This document shows positions 1 to 11,508 of a DNA stretch of 46,508 nucleotides, piece after piece (positions within the stretch are counted from its first letter, which is position 1; each line of letters starts with the position of its first letter). The stretch lies in contig NKIB01014181.1 in assembly GCA_002256025.1 (NCBI GenBank), forward strand, positions 1-46,508. Direction: 5' to 3'. This DNA comes from Asterionella formosa. Lineage: Eukaryota. Position numbers and translations under genes: made by a program. The notes under the pieces were generated by a model. That model was not told the origin of the DNA. It was given only the letters and a program-made list of their open reading frames with translations, and ran no database searches.

Positions 1-1
1 T

Positions 2-3000
2 CGCAACGAAATCCACTTTGCAAATAACAGTTTTGGGGAAAAGGTCAATTCTCTGCATCAAATTGACAAGGAACGCATGATCGTGGACGAGAGCAAAGCT
101 GTTGTCCCTTCGTCGTCATCTGACCTTGTTTTGCAGGGTAAGTCCAAGATTTCACAATTGGAGCGACAACTAAAAGAAATGAACGAGATGAAGGATGACT
201 TGATTTTGAAGAATGAGCGCATTTCTGCTCAGTGGAACGAGGATATAGCAGCCAAGAAAATATTGATGCGGCAGCTCAAGGAACACAAGCAAAAGGCAGA
301 TTTCATGACCTCGAGTCAAGATTGGATGAAGCGCAGAATTAAAGAGCTTCATGATGCACTTATTAACTCGCAGAATGATCTTGAACAACTAAAGTCCTCA
401 TATGTATCTTGCAATGGCAAACTCGTAGCTGCAATGGAGTGGGCGTCCAAGCAGAATGCCATGTCCGAGAAATACAAGATGCATTTCGAGACAGCAATGT
501 TGGCTTCGAATGATGGTGAGATTGAAGCAGTCACACTTCAAGGCGTGGTTGATGCTTTACAGAGAACAAATGAGGAGCATCAAGCTTCTATTGAGAAGTT
601 GAAAGTCGACCTTCAGCTAAAGCGTGAGACACAAAAGGCAACTGCGGTTGTCATTGCTGAGTTGAAGACAGAACGTGATCAGTTTCATGACCAATGTAAG
701 GTAATACAAGTCTCACTGGCTCAGGAGACCAAAGCATGTGAGGCGCTCAATTCCGAGCTTTGCAACCAGAACCTCAAGATAGCAGGTTTACATTCAGCAT
801 TATCGGAACAGCAAGCCATTTCCGAGAGCTACAAGCTGCAATATGAAACGGCCTTGAAGACGAATATCGAAGGTAGAATTGAAGACACGACCCGCAAGAG
901 TGTTTCCGAAGATCTGAAAAGAACAAATGAAGACTTGATCTCTTCGATCGAGTCATTGAAAGAAAATCTTAATGTTGAGCGTGAGAGGCAGAAGGCGAAT
1001 CGGGAGGTCATCACTGCGTTGGAGACAGAACACGTCCAATTGCTGGATGAGTGTAGGCAAGTGCAAGTCGCGTTGGCTCAGGAAACCAAAATTAATGAGG
1101 CGCTCAAGGCTGAGCTTCAAAGTCAGAATGGCAAGTTGACAAAGCTGCATTCTGCGCTATCTACCATGGAACAAGATGTTAAAGTGCAAGTATCTACTCG
1201 AGATAGCATCATCAATGAATTGAAAGTGATCATAGTTGACCATGCTTCCAGGGAAGAAAAGCAAATATCGAAAGAGAATGATGTGCGTGTTCACATCAAC
1301 TCTCTAAACGATGACATTGAAAGGTTGAAGTTTTCATATGTCAGTTGCAATGATAAGCTTGCAGCTACTTCGGAGCGAAATGACGAGCGTCAAGCTCAGA
1401 TAGATCAACTCAACGCTACAATGAAGGTTGAGCGTGAGAGGCAGAAGGCGAATCGGGAGGTCATCACTGCGTTGGAGACAGAACACGCCCAATTGCTGGA
1501 TGAGTGTAGGCAAGTGCAAGTCGCGTTGGCTCAGGAAACCAAAATTAGTGAGGCGCTCAAGGCTGAGCTTCAAAGTCAGAATGGCAAGTTGACAGAGCTT
1601 CATGCTACGCTATCTACTATGGAACAAGATGTTAAAGTGCAAGTATCTACTCGAGATAGCACCATCAATGAATTGAAAATGATCATAGTTGATTATGCTT
1701 CCAGAGAAGAGAAGCAAATATTGAAAGAGAATGAAATGTGTGTTCAAATCAACTCTCTAAACGATGACATTGAAAGGTTGAAGTTTTCATATGTCAGCTG
1801 CAATGACAAGCTCGCAGCTACTTCGGAGCGAAATGATGAGCGTCAAGCTCAGATAGATCAACTCATTGCTGCAATCAAATTCACAGAAGAGCGTTGCATC
1901 AAGTACAGTGATGAGCTTGGGGAAACCCTGCAAAAGCTTGAAAAGGTTGAAATGGAAAAGACTGACTTCGAAAACAGGCTTTCTCGGGCTGAAAATGAAT
2001 TGAAATTCCAAACTGATAGGTTTTCGGGATATCAAGAAACAGTTGACAATCTAAAGTCATCATGGTCTACTAGCGCAAGACTGGTAGAAGACGAATTGGC
2101 GACTTTGAAACTAGAACATGGCAACGATGTCTGTCAAACGACAGAAACGTTGATTCGCTTCACCAACGAACTGACTGATGCTAGTTTCCTTACATTCAAG
2201 TCGCTTCGCCAAGCTGGTGTTGTGTCATCACGAAAGATCCCCCAAATTTTGCAGGCTGGCGGGGACTCGAATGCATCCCGCTGGAAGCGAATTCTCGCCG
2301 ATGCCTCAGAAGAACTGGTTATCCTTAAGGACCTTGTCGTCACAAGTTGTGATACACTCAACAGTCAAACCGAAAAGATCCAGGAGCTGGAAGCGTTGGT
2401 CCAGACCACAGACCGCGATTTGAAGCGACAGCACGATAGTAAAGAGCAGTTGGAATTTGACTTGTTGCGAGAAAAGTCTCGAGTCGTTGAGCTCACTGAT
2501 CAACTCCGCGAAGCTGGGGAAGAGTTGATCCGGGCAGTGAGCGAACGTGACGGGATCGGCAGGAAGCTGTCCGAAACAAATGATGGTTCTAACAAGCAGG
2601 GACATGTTCACATTGAGTCGACAATTAAAACTCTGGAAGGTGAACGAGATTTGGCCCTGCAGAATGAAATCAAAGCTAGCTCACTTGTCGCTTTCTTGAC
2701 CGAAAAGTTAGAGAAATCTGCACGGATTCTGTAAGTTCTGCCTGGAGTTGCAATTCATACAATTGTTCTTGTTTTTGTCATATATATGAATGTTTTCTAA
2801 TATTTATGCTTCTTCTCCATCACGTAAAAATAATTAGGTCAACTCTAGAAACAAAGCTTGACGAAACGGAAGCAATGTTAGAAGAGCAGGGAGCTACAAG
2901 TCTAGACCTCCATACTCAAAACAATGTTTTGGAACACAAATGCAGTCGGTATAGAGAGTACATTCAAAAGCTTACTGCCAAATGCGATGAGTGGGCATCA

Positions 3001-3090
3001 AGTTATGCCAAACAAGCGCGTGCGATCCATCAACGCATGCAATCGCCAATGTCATCTGCTGGGAATGGGACCCCGTATGATAGATTCTAA
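2..3090 (+). CDS. Long coiled-coil protein with internal tandem repeats, probably 5'-partial; exons <2..2730 and 2838..3090
   Basis: The frame is open from base 2 to the ATG at 77. The sequence is E/K/Q/L heptad-rich. A GTAAGT donor at 2731 and a TAG acceptor ending at 2837 join CT|G in frame to ORF 2806..3090. Confidence 0.8.
974..1865 (+). repeat. Intragenic tandem duplication, 453-bp (151-aa) period, two near-identical copies
   Basis: GTTGAGCGTGAGAGGCAGAAGGCGAATCGGGAGG starts at both 974 and 1427. The peptide VERERQKANREV...ERQAQIDQL occurs twice. Confidence 0.95.
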
Positions 3091-3127
3091 TTGTAAAATT
3101 GCTTTTTGAGGTTAACCGTATTCATTA

Positions 3128-3647
3128 TTAGTCGTCTTGTTTCTTCAAAGCTTGTTGTACCTTGGTCACACCTTTATTCCATCCATCAATGATGGGATTC
3201 GAAGGATTAGCGACCATGGACTTGGGTAGGAAATGACCAAAAGAAGTGGTGAGCTTCCAAGAACGCACAGACGCCACAGCACAACGTCAAGAACAAGAAC
3301 TAACAATGAGCCAACCTACCGCGTCGTTCTTGCCTTGTGAAGGTCTCATCTGGGCCCACATGGTTTGGAATTCGTGTTCTGCATATTCTGTTTGCGCATG
3401 TTGTTACATTGTGCGTACGCATGAATGATATTGTGAGTGTGCCAGGTAGTTTACTGTGGTTGATGCCACACTGTAGCTGACGCCACTGGATGTTGATGCA
3501 TGCCATACCAATACATACTTATTACATACCTCGCAGGGGCCACTTTTTGGAAAGCCGACTTCGATGCGAAAGCTGTTGATGCACGAAGAGGAAGCCGCTA
3601 CCAGAAACTAGAGATCCAACGAGGAAGGATGGTACGTGAATCCACAT
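3128..3647 (-). CDS. Small single-TM protein, MICOS MIC13/QIL1/Mic12-like; exons 3647..3530, 3387..3320 and 3220 (or 3253)..3128
   Basis: Spliced product: MWIHVPSFLVGSLVSGSGFLFVHQQLSHRSRLSKKWPLREYAEHEFQTMWAQMRPSQGKNDASMVANPSNPIIDGWNKGVTKVQQALKKQDD*. Donors are GTATGT and GTAGGT, acceptors CAG and AAG, and the frame is kept. It has a Gly-rich N-terminal TM and a C-terminal DxWNxGV motif. Confidence 0.7.
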
Positions 3648-4971
3648 TATTCTTGAACTTGCGCAACAATGATGGAGATCTTTAAAGAGCAATGGTATGG
3701 ACGATGGGAGGAGTGATGTCAGATTCAATAATACTTCCTCACAGATAACTATATGCTTAGTGTGGTGAGTAAAACTGNNNNNNNNNNNNNNNNNNNNNNN
3801 NNNNNNNNNNNNNNNNNNNNNNNNNNNNNNNNNNNNNNNNNNNNNNNNNNNNNNNNNNNNNNNNNNNNNNNNNNNNNNNNNNNNNNNNNNNNNNNNNNNN
3901 NNNNNNNNNNNNNNNNNNNNNNNNNNNNNNNNNNNNNNNNNNNNNNNNNNNNNNNNNNNNNNNNNNNNNNNNNNNNNNNNNNNNNNNNNNNNNNNNNNNN
4001 NNNNNNNNNNNNNNNNNNNNNNNNNNNNNNNNNNNNNNNNNNNNNNNNNNNNNNNNNNNNNNNNNNNNNNNNNNNNNNNNNNNNNNNNNNNNNNNNNNNN
4101 NNNNNNNNNNNNNNNNNNNNNNNNNNNNNNNNNNNNNNNNNNNNNNNNNNNNNNNNNNNNNNNCATACCGATAGTAAGATCATTGTTATTTTTTGTAACC
4201 TCATCTATTGAGCACTTTAAAACTGCTACATTAGTAACATCAGTAATGTTTGCCAATAAAGGTCCATTTCATTCCAATACACAAGGAACAACTGGACAAA
4301 AAGGGCAAATACAAGGAGTGTGATATTCTTTCAACATAGAAGGGTTTACAACTTCCAATTCAAGGTCAGTCTTATATGGCTGATCGCAATACAGAATTGC
4401 TTCTGTTTTGGAAAACAAGTTCATCCAACTCATTGGCTAGCTACTAGTTTGCACTATACCTTGTATTGTTGTTTCTGGCACAGGGTCAGCCTTCGATTGC
4501 ACATTCTGACCTGCCCCTAGCATGGGATTGCAAATAGGAGGGCATCTTGAATTGTTGCTTGCCCCTCAATACATCATCAGCTCCAGATTGGATCTAAATA
4601 TTAAACTTCCAAACTTTTCGAATTTTAATGCAGATCAAAAATCCTTTTTCTAAAATTCTTTTTTCTGTATTCTTCACTTGCTTTGTTTGTTTACTGGTAG
4701 GTTTCAGGAGGCTCTGTTGATAGTCAAGAACATTAAGTATGGATGAAAAATACAATGTAGCTGTCTTCTTGTGGGTTATTGGGGCCCCAAATGACAATTA
4801 CCAGCTAAATATTGATTGCAAAAGCATACAGAAGTAAGCTAAAATGAGATGCACATATGAGACTCTGATTATTTTAATCGGCTTTTGACATCTATAAAGT
4901 ATGGTGCACTGTTGGAATGTATTTTCAAACACTCTTTATTTGCATCAACAAATGAATTCTGTTTCTCGCTA

Positions 4972-5787
4972 TCATTTCACACTTGAAATGGTTCCAGCTG
5001 GGGTAATTAACTGCAACAGTGCCTTGGCTGCTGGTAATTCCCAACATTCATCATAAAAGAAAACTTGGTAGCCGTCAGTTTCGTTTTCCGCCTGTCGAAA
5101 CCAAAATTTGGTTCTTCCAATAACATCAATCCTTGGCTTCCAAGGCAAGCCAGTCAAATTTCCCACCATATTCCATCTACTTTGCACATATTCAGTGGTT
5201 ATCTCAATAGAAAGTAGGTCCGATCGGCAGTTCCCTGGTGGAATCAACGCTTGCACAATGGGTCCTAGATTCTGAACATTGGAAACAAACTTGTCCCTCC
5301 CAATAAAGGAGAGTGTGGGATCAGTAAATCGGCAGTCTGGTGCAAATGACGGCAAATCAATATTGCCTGTCCACAAATAATTCTTTTCGGTATAATCCTC
5401 TCGAATGCGCTCCATGAGTTCCATTGGTGTTTGTGGTGGCAATGGGTCTGTTGTTGTTTTTGTTGTTGTTGTTCGACGAATGGAGTCGTTTTGTCCAAAG
5501 ACAGTGTTGACCATGTTGGTCAGAACAGAAACAATGCCTTTGAAGGATCCATCTGTCTCGTTGTAGGAGGATATCTGAAGAGGAGGATCAGTATATGCTG
5601 TATTCTTGTCGCCATCACTGCTGTGAAGATGTACCATGAGGGAAGGCAATCGTGGACGGTTCCGAGATGATTGGATCCGCCTCTTTTGTCGTATCATGAA
5701 ACCAAAGCATTCACATGTCAAGGTATGATATGCCAAGCCAAGAAGTAGAGTTGCCAAAATCGTGAGAGAAGAGCCGTGGAGGATCAT
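4972..5787 (-). CDS. DUF2358 / NTF2(SnoaL)-like protein with probable bipartite plastid presequence
   Basis: Core EDYTEKNYLWTGNID..FAPDCRFTDPTLSFIG...WKPRIDVIGRT. A hydrophobic signal peptide ending CEC-F is followed by an Arg/Ser-rich transit-like stretch. Confidence 0.75.
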   Translation of the reverse strand: MILHGSSLTILATLLLGLAYHTLTCECFGFMIRQKRRIQSSRNRPRLPSLMVHLHSSDGDKNTAYTDPPLQISSYNETDGSFKGIVSVLTNMVNTVFGQNDSIRRTTTTKTTTDPLPPQTPMELMERIREDYTEKNYLWTGNIDLPSFAPDCRFTDPTLSFIGRDKFVSNVQNLGPIVQALIPPGNCRSDLLSIEITTEYVQSRWNMVGNLTGLPWKPRIDVIGRTKFWFRQAENETDGYQVFFYDECWELPAAKALLQLITPAGTISSVK

Positions 5788-6057
5788 CTACAGAAGCCGC
5801 TTCACAGCAATATCATTTTCATATTGAAAGTGCTGCTTATTGGGACACTTCTGCTTCCTATTATACCATTTCCGTATAAAAGTTAAAAATAAGAATAAAG
5901 AAATAATAGTAGGAGTACATACATATGCTCATGATTAACAGAGGTCCTTCGCTCCTTCCAGTTCCATCCAAGCTGTAAGCCCACTGTAAGCAACAAAACA
6001 ATAATCATCACAATCACAAGATCGCACAACCACATCTCTATATAACTACTATAGTTC

Positions 6058-8112
6058 ATGCTCCGCTCAAGAGACATTGTCGCAGTCCTAGTTGCCGCCT
6101 GGCTGGTTCGAATGGCATGGAAGGATGACCAGGACTTTCTTTCCGCTTCCATTCATTTGGCCTTTTACACCTACGGCAACGGCAATGCTGTGGCACCCAT
6201 GGACGTCGATGGTGATGGCACCAACGAGGGATTGGCTCTGGCGGTTGCAACACACAATAAAACCCAATGGCAGATGGAAATTTTGGACTTGAAAAAGCTG
6301 CACCATCACGGAAATGGAGTGGGCAGCCCCTTCCGACCTCCCGCCATGGTTTCTAGTTCGTCCATTGTCACTGAGGCAAATCCTATCAAGGTGGTGACGG
6401 GACAACTCATACCGGCGTTGAAAGAGAAAGAGAAACCCGTGGTCAAGCTGACTCCAATCGACGAATCAGTCTTTAATGAACGAACGAGGCACTACTTTTG
6501 CGGAGTAGACTGGAAGGATGCATCGGACAACTGTCGTCAACCATGTCCGAAAGGAACTGCGACGGAATGCCCGGATGGAGAAAAGTGCTATGCAGACACG
6601 GCATGTAACGCCTTGGATAAAATTCAACAGCCAGCAAAGGCTGAGTCTGACCTGATCTTGACACCTGCGGGCGGATTGCCTAGCATAGTCTCCCTATGGT
6701 CGGATGGAAAGGTCCGGATGCATTCATTGACTGCTGATAAAGGAGCCACCAGCTTGGAGTTAAGATTAATGTGGACTCAAGATGTAGCTCTCGAGGTATT
6801 TTCAGAACACGACCTGCTCTTGGCCAATGATATCGTCATTGTTGGAGGAACAAGTTCGCCGAATGCCATTGTGGTTGCCTTTAACGCACTCACAGGGGAC
6901 GTCCTTTGGAACACCAAGGACAACGCCGTCATCAAAGCACAAGACGAACGCAAACGACGTGGATCTACATCCTTTGCTAGACGTCGATCAAGGATTATTA
7001 GTCAGACTGAATCAGCCGCCGATTCCTCATTGCCAAGTTGCTGGGCTGCCTTTCGTCATTCCCTCTTGGAAAGTGGATTGCCTCATTCCTACTGGGGACC
7101 CAGGGATGCCACGTGGACAGCAGTGCATCTAAACAAGACACCAAAACCCAAAAAGATGAATCAAAAGCACAAAAAATGGCACCAACGCCATCATCGTCGA
7201 GGGCCCATTCATGGAAAACCCAATGCCCTCTTGAGTCACTCACAGCAAGGCATCCTTGTACGATCGTTAAAGAATGGAAGGCCCCTATGTCATTTATCCT
7301 TGCTGGACCATGTATTGTATGGTGATTTGAATCATGACGGGACGTTGGATCAACTCCAGGTAGTGACAGATGATAGTGATAGAGGAGATGGAGGCGATGA
7401 ATGGGTTGCGCGGTTAGCACAGCAGGTGGCCAACCAAGACATTGACAGGAATGCGACAAAGCGACTGGTTAGTTCCAATAGACTTTGTCATGTACTTGCC
7501 CTCTCGGGGCTGCCAGCCAGAGAAGAGTTGTTCAGTGCAAACCTATGTGGACCAGGGTTCTCAAGGGACTTTGGAGATCATGAATCGATCCCGCTAATCC
7601 CAGCTCCGCCAATTGTGGTTGGAGAGAAGGAAGTCATGATCGCCTTGTCCAATGGCATGGTGAGCAAATATAATACCGTCACGGGAAAGCCATTGTGGAA
7701 TATGCACGGACAAAATATTTTAGAAGATTTTCCAACCTGGGGTCGTCGGAGTACTGTTGCACATACAGCTCAGATTGGAGTCATGAAGGCACCAAATGCA
7801 CCGCCCCCTATTTTGCTGGCTGGCGAGTCCTCCATGGTTTTGCTCAGTGCAGTAACTGGTCGAATTATGGCATCTGGTCACTTTCCGCAAATATCGCAAA
7901 CAAGGCCTATTTTGGCAGATTTAACGGGGGATGGAACTACTGATATAATTATTGCTACCAATGACGCCCTGTGGGGATACCAAGTGATTGTACAATCAGG
8001 AGCATCTGTTTTGTTTCGCATTCTAACGGGTCTGCTGCTAATGGGCATGGCCCTTGCGCTATTGAGAAATCGTTTTGGACAGCGTTCTGACAAACGAAGT
8101 ACTGACGAATAG
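6058..8112 (+). CDS. FG-GAP/beta-propeller membrane protein (plant NERD1-like) with inserted Cys-rich module
   Basis: Ca-binding FG-GAP-type loops DVDGDG, DLNHDG and DLTGDGTTDII. The N-terminal MLRSRDIVAVL anchor and a C-terminal TM helix match the plant FG-GAP family architecture. Confidence 0.75.
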   Translation: MLRSRDIVAVLVAAWLVRMAWKDDQDFLSASIHLAFYTYGNGNAVAPMDVDGDGTNEGLALAVATHNKTQWQMEILDLKKLHHHGNGVGSPFRPPAMVSSSSIVTEANPIKVVTGQLIPALKEKEKPVVKLTPIDESVFNERTRHYFCGVDWKDASDNCRQPCPKGTATECPDGEKCYADTACNALDKIQQPAKAESDLILTPAGGLPSIVSLWSDGKVRMHSLTADKGATSLELRLMWTQDVALEVFSEHDLLLANDIVIVGGTSSPNAIVVAFNALTGDVLWNTKDNAVIKAQDERKRRGSTSFARRRSRIISQTESAADSSLPSCWAAFRHSLLESGLPHSYWGPRDATWTAVHLNKTPKPKKMNQKHKKWHQRHHRRGPIHGKPNALLSHSQQGILVRSLKNGRPLCHLSLLDHVLYGDLNHDGTLDQLQVVTDDSDRGDGGDEWVARLAQQVANQDIDRNATKRLVSSNRLCHVLALSGLPAREELFSANLCGPGFSRDFGDHESIPLIPAPPIVVGEKEVMIALSNGMVSKYNTVTGKPLWNMHGQNILEDFPTWGRRSTVAHTAQIGVMKAPNAPPPILLAGESSMVLLSAVTGRIMASGHFPQISQTRPILADLTGDGTTDIIIATNDALWGYQVIVQSGASVLFRILTGLLLMGMALALLRNRFGQRSDKRSTDE

Positions 8113-9354
8113 CGAGGCATGCCAAAACTTTTGACAAACCTTGAGTTTACAGTCTCAACTTGTAAATGTATGAGGAGTCTCATTCCTGGATGAATGTGTC
8201 GAAAAGGAATCAGCCTTTTGGATTTTCTTAGACCGATGGTAACTCTATGCGAGCAATACGTGTGGTATTGCACAAAAAACAGTGGATGAGGAATCCCATA
8301 TCATCAATCGAAAAGTTCCAACTATACCAATAGTCTAATCACATGGTGTAGTATAGTCAAATAAGCCATCATTCCAATTTATCACATTTATAATGGTAGT
8401 TACTGTTGCTATATCATAAATTTCTTCCTTTTCACATGAGCAGTGTGTCACGTCAAGTTTCTGTAATGGGAAGTGCACTGCTGGAGTCTTCATCTGATGC
8501 ANNNNNNNNNNNNNNNNNNNNNNNNNNNNNNNNNNNNNNNNNNNNNNNNNNNNNNNNNNNNNNNNNNNNNNNNNNNNNNNNNNNNNNNNNNNNNNNNNNN
8601 NNNNNNNNNNNNNNNNNNNNNNNNNNNNNNNNNNNNNNNNNNNNNNNNNNNNNNNNNNNNNNNNNNNNNNNNNNNNNNNNNNNNNNNNNNNNNNNNNNNN
8701 NNNNNNNNNNNNNNNNNNNNNNNNNNNNNNNNNNNNNNNNNNNNNNNNNNNNNNNNNNNNNNNNNNNNNNNNNNNNNNNNNNNNNNNNNNNNNNNNNNNN
8801 NNNNNNNNNNNNNNNNNNNNNNNNNNNNNNNNNNNNNNNNNNNNNNNNNNNNNNNNNNNNNNNNNNNNNNNNNNNNNNNNNNNNNNNNNNNNNNNNNNNN
8901 NNNNNNNNNNNNNNNNNNNNNNNNNNNNNNNNNNNNNNNNNNNNNNNNNNNNNNNNNNNNNNNNNNNNNNNNNNTATAGTCTAAGACTGGTAAATGCACA
9001 CCGGTATTGAAGTGGGCTACCGGTACGCACCACGGTATCTTGTTTACATGATGTCACCATGTGACTACCGGTAGCCCAGCAACGAGGAAATCTATCAGCC
9101 AGTCAGCGCGCATTCGCAAGTATGACGAGAAAGAGCTATCAAAGTACCTGTACATTGATACTATTCGATACTGTTTACCGGTATGCATGGTCCAGTCCTT
9201 GCGTCTCCTTGTCAGCAACAATATCATGAACAATCCAGCGATTGCTTCACAGAAAATCTCGACGACGGATCCTCGGCTCGCGATCACGACAGCATACCTC
9301 TCTCCTGGACAACTACATACTATTGAGCTTCGCTGTGCCTATGACATCTACACC

Positions 9355-10347
9355 ATGATGACACTTCCTAGTGCGATAATCATCTTCGCGTTGATTGCGT
9401 CAGTGCCTGTCGCAACAGCATTCCTTCAGCTGCACCGACCCTTCAAATCATCATGTTGTTCTTCGCAACTTTCAGTTCTGACAGAACGCCAGATGCAGTT
9501 TTGGGAAGACGTTGAAGATGGTCTAGATGATATAGAGAAATTTTACAAACCCAAAGGAGGTAATATTGATCGAATCCGAACATTTGGAAAGTCGGCTCGA
9601 GGGGAAATTCCTCGTCCAACAAGCGCAGCTCCGGGGCAGCAGCCATCAGAAGAGCACGTAGACGGCCTAACAGCCAATGCCTTTTGGGACGTTCGAAACT
9701 TCCCCGACCTCTTTCCCTGGGCTGCAGAGCTTGAGGAAAAGTCGCACTTGATCATTCAAGAATTCAATGACAGGTTAAACAATCAACAAATGTTTGCTGG
9801 TGATTCGGCGTGGCAGAATCAAATCATGGGGACTGGCTGGTCAGCCGTTCGCTTACAGCGACTGGGAGTTTGGAATGCAGAAAACTGCAAACTATTCCCT
9901 GAAACGTATGAGTTGTTGCGCTCGCTGAATATACCATTCGCAGTTCGAGGTGTTTGCTTTGCTAAACAAGCACCGAACAGTGGAGTGCAACCACATTCTG
10001 ATGGACGAAATTTTATTTTGACGGCACACTTGGGATTGAAGGTACCTGAAGGCTGCTGGATGCAAGTTGGAGATGAACGACGATCGTGGCAAGAAGGAAA
10101 GTTAACAACACTTGATACTTCGTTTGAACATTCAACTGGAAACCCTAGTGATTCAGAACGGCATGTGCTTATCATTGATTTTTGGCATCCAGAGCTCACA
10201 GAAGCAGAGAGAAAATCACTGGAGCTTGTGTATGATTTACGCAACAAATTTGAAAGCGGCATTATTCCTATCCGCAAACCAAGAGCACTCCAAGAAAAAG
10301 GGGGACTAGGTGAACTTTGGAACAAGGTTACTGGACAGGAACGATGA
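9355..10347 (+). CDS. Aspartyl/asparaginyl beta-hydroxylase-family 2OG-Fe(II) dioxygenase, probably plastid-targeted
   Basis: Motifs PHSDGRNFILTAHLGL, WQEGKLTTLDTSFEHS and RHVLIIDFWHP. The start is moved to ATG 9355, which begins a signal peptide ending VATA-F. Confidence 0.85.
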   Translation: MMTLPSAIIIFALIASVPVATAFLQLHRPFKSSCCSSQLSVLTERQMQFWEDVEDGLDDIEKFYKPKGGNIDRIRTFGKSARGEIPRPTSAAPGQQPSEEHVDGLTANAFWDVRNFPDLFPWAAELEEKSHLIIQEFNDRLNNQQMFAGDSAWQNQIMGTGWSAVRLQRLGVWNAENCKLFPETYELLRSLNIPFAVRGVCFAKQAPNSGVQPHSDGRNFILTAHLGLKVPEGCWMQVGDERRSWQEGKLTTLDTSFEHSTGNPSDSERHVLIIDFWHPELTEAERKSLELVYDLRNKFESGIIPIRKPRALQEKGGLGELWNKVTGQER

Positions 10348-10545
10348 ACCTGATCAAAACAAACAATAGATCATAACATCATAACTGTAAATTGCTTATA
10401 GGTTTACTGACTCTTTGTAAAGATGTGGAATTTCTACTACTGGTAGTCTACCTTGTACCGCTACGTACCCCAGGTAATACATTGTTGTTGCTGACAAAAC
10501 GCTCGATATTTGAGGGACAGAATCATACTAACACGATGATGGCCG

Positions 10546-11508
10546 ATGCAACAAATAATTATGAACGCTGAGGAATGTAACCAGAAAACCGAGGATTGGG
10601 TCAAAGCCATTGCAGCTGGAACAGTCACATGCAATGTTCCAGTTGACTACGGACTGGCCAAAATTGCCCAGCATGTAGGAAAGAGCGATGCGTTGGGCAT
10701 GTACTGGGAAGGTGCAGCAAAAGAGGAATTGGGAGATATCCGTGGTGCCATGTCTCTCTACCAGAAGGCGTATCGGATCTGGCCAGCTCTAGACTCGGTG
10801 TATCAAGCAGGTTTGCCGTGTGGCGTGAGGCAAGAGGCGCAGGCTTCCAGATTCTCGGCATGTGGACTCTTAGGTGTCATTCATATCTCGGACGCTCGTG
10901 CCTCCAACGTTGTCCATGCGCCTGCGCTGCTGAATGCTTCCGATCTAAAAGACATTGAAACTGTTCGAAAATGTATGGCTGACAATGAAACGTCTCTGGT
11001 CAATAACCCACAAAATGCTACTCATGAGTTCAAGGTCTGCACCTTTTTAAACAACCCTCCCACTCACCTTATGCACACCTATGCTCCCAATGTTTTACAT
11101 AAGATGCTAAATTTTGGGAGACAAGCATGGGCAGAGGAAAACTGGAGCGGTGACGCGGAGACACCGGGACCTCTTTATGGGATTACTAATGGCCTGCCGT
11201 CACTGTCAATACGAGTGGCAGAGCATTGGGAATATGCTGTTGGTGGTGGACTCGTCGACCCGCTGCATAATGATGTGGATAGCGTCCTCACACTTGTTGC
11301 TCTACTATCGGAGGTGGATGATTTTGAAGGAGGCACGTTTCGCACCTATGAAACAGATAACTCTCACCTTGAACACCCAATGGAGCAAGGTGATGTTATA
11401 TGCTTCATATCACACAAATATCACAATATCGTACCAGTCACTAGAGGGATACGGCGTAGCTTTGTCATGGAGCTCTGGCAAGGAGGACTTGGTCACATGG
11501 GACGATAA
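10546..11508 (+). CDS. 2OG-Fe(II) oxygenase (prolyl-4-hydroxylase/PKHD-type) with N-terminal TPR-like helical hairpin
   Basis: HxD (LHNDVDS), FEGG, distal His and Arg (HNIVPVTRGIRRSFVMELW). The segment EELGDIRGAMSLYQKAYRIWP is TPR-like. Confidence 0.8.
   Translation: MQQIIMNAEECNQKTEDWVKAIAAGTVTCNVPVDYGLAKIAQHVGKSDALGMYWEGAAKEELGDIRGAMSLYQKAYRIWPALDSVYQAGLPCGVRQEAQASRFSACGLLGVIHISDARASNVVHAPALLNASDLKDIETVRKCMADNETSLVNNPQNATHEFKVCTFLNNPPTHLMHTYAPNVLHKMLNFGRQAWAEENWSGDAETPGPLYGITNGLPSLSIRVAEHWEYAVGGGLVDPLHNDVDSVLTLVALLSEVDDFEGGTFRTYETDNSHLEHPMEQGDVICFISHKYHNIVPVTRGIRRSFVMELWQGGLGHMGR

Noticed and set aside
9061..9354. N-terminal extension of the AspH-like ORF from a GTG start
   Set aside because: Non-ATG start. 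The region contains TACCGGTA motifs typical of flanks, and the signal peptide begins at ATG 9355.
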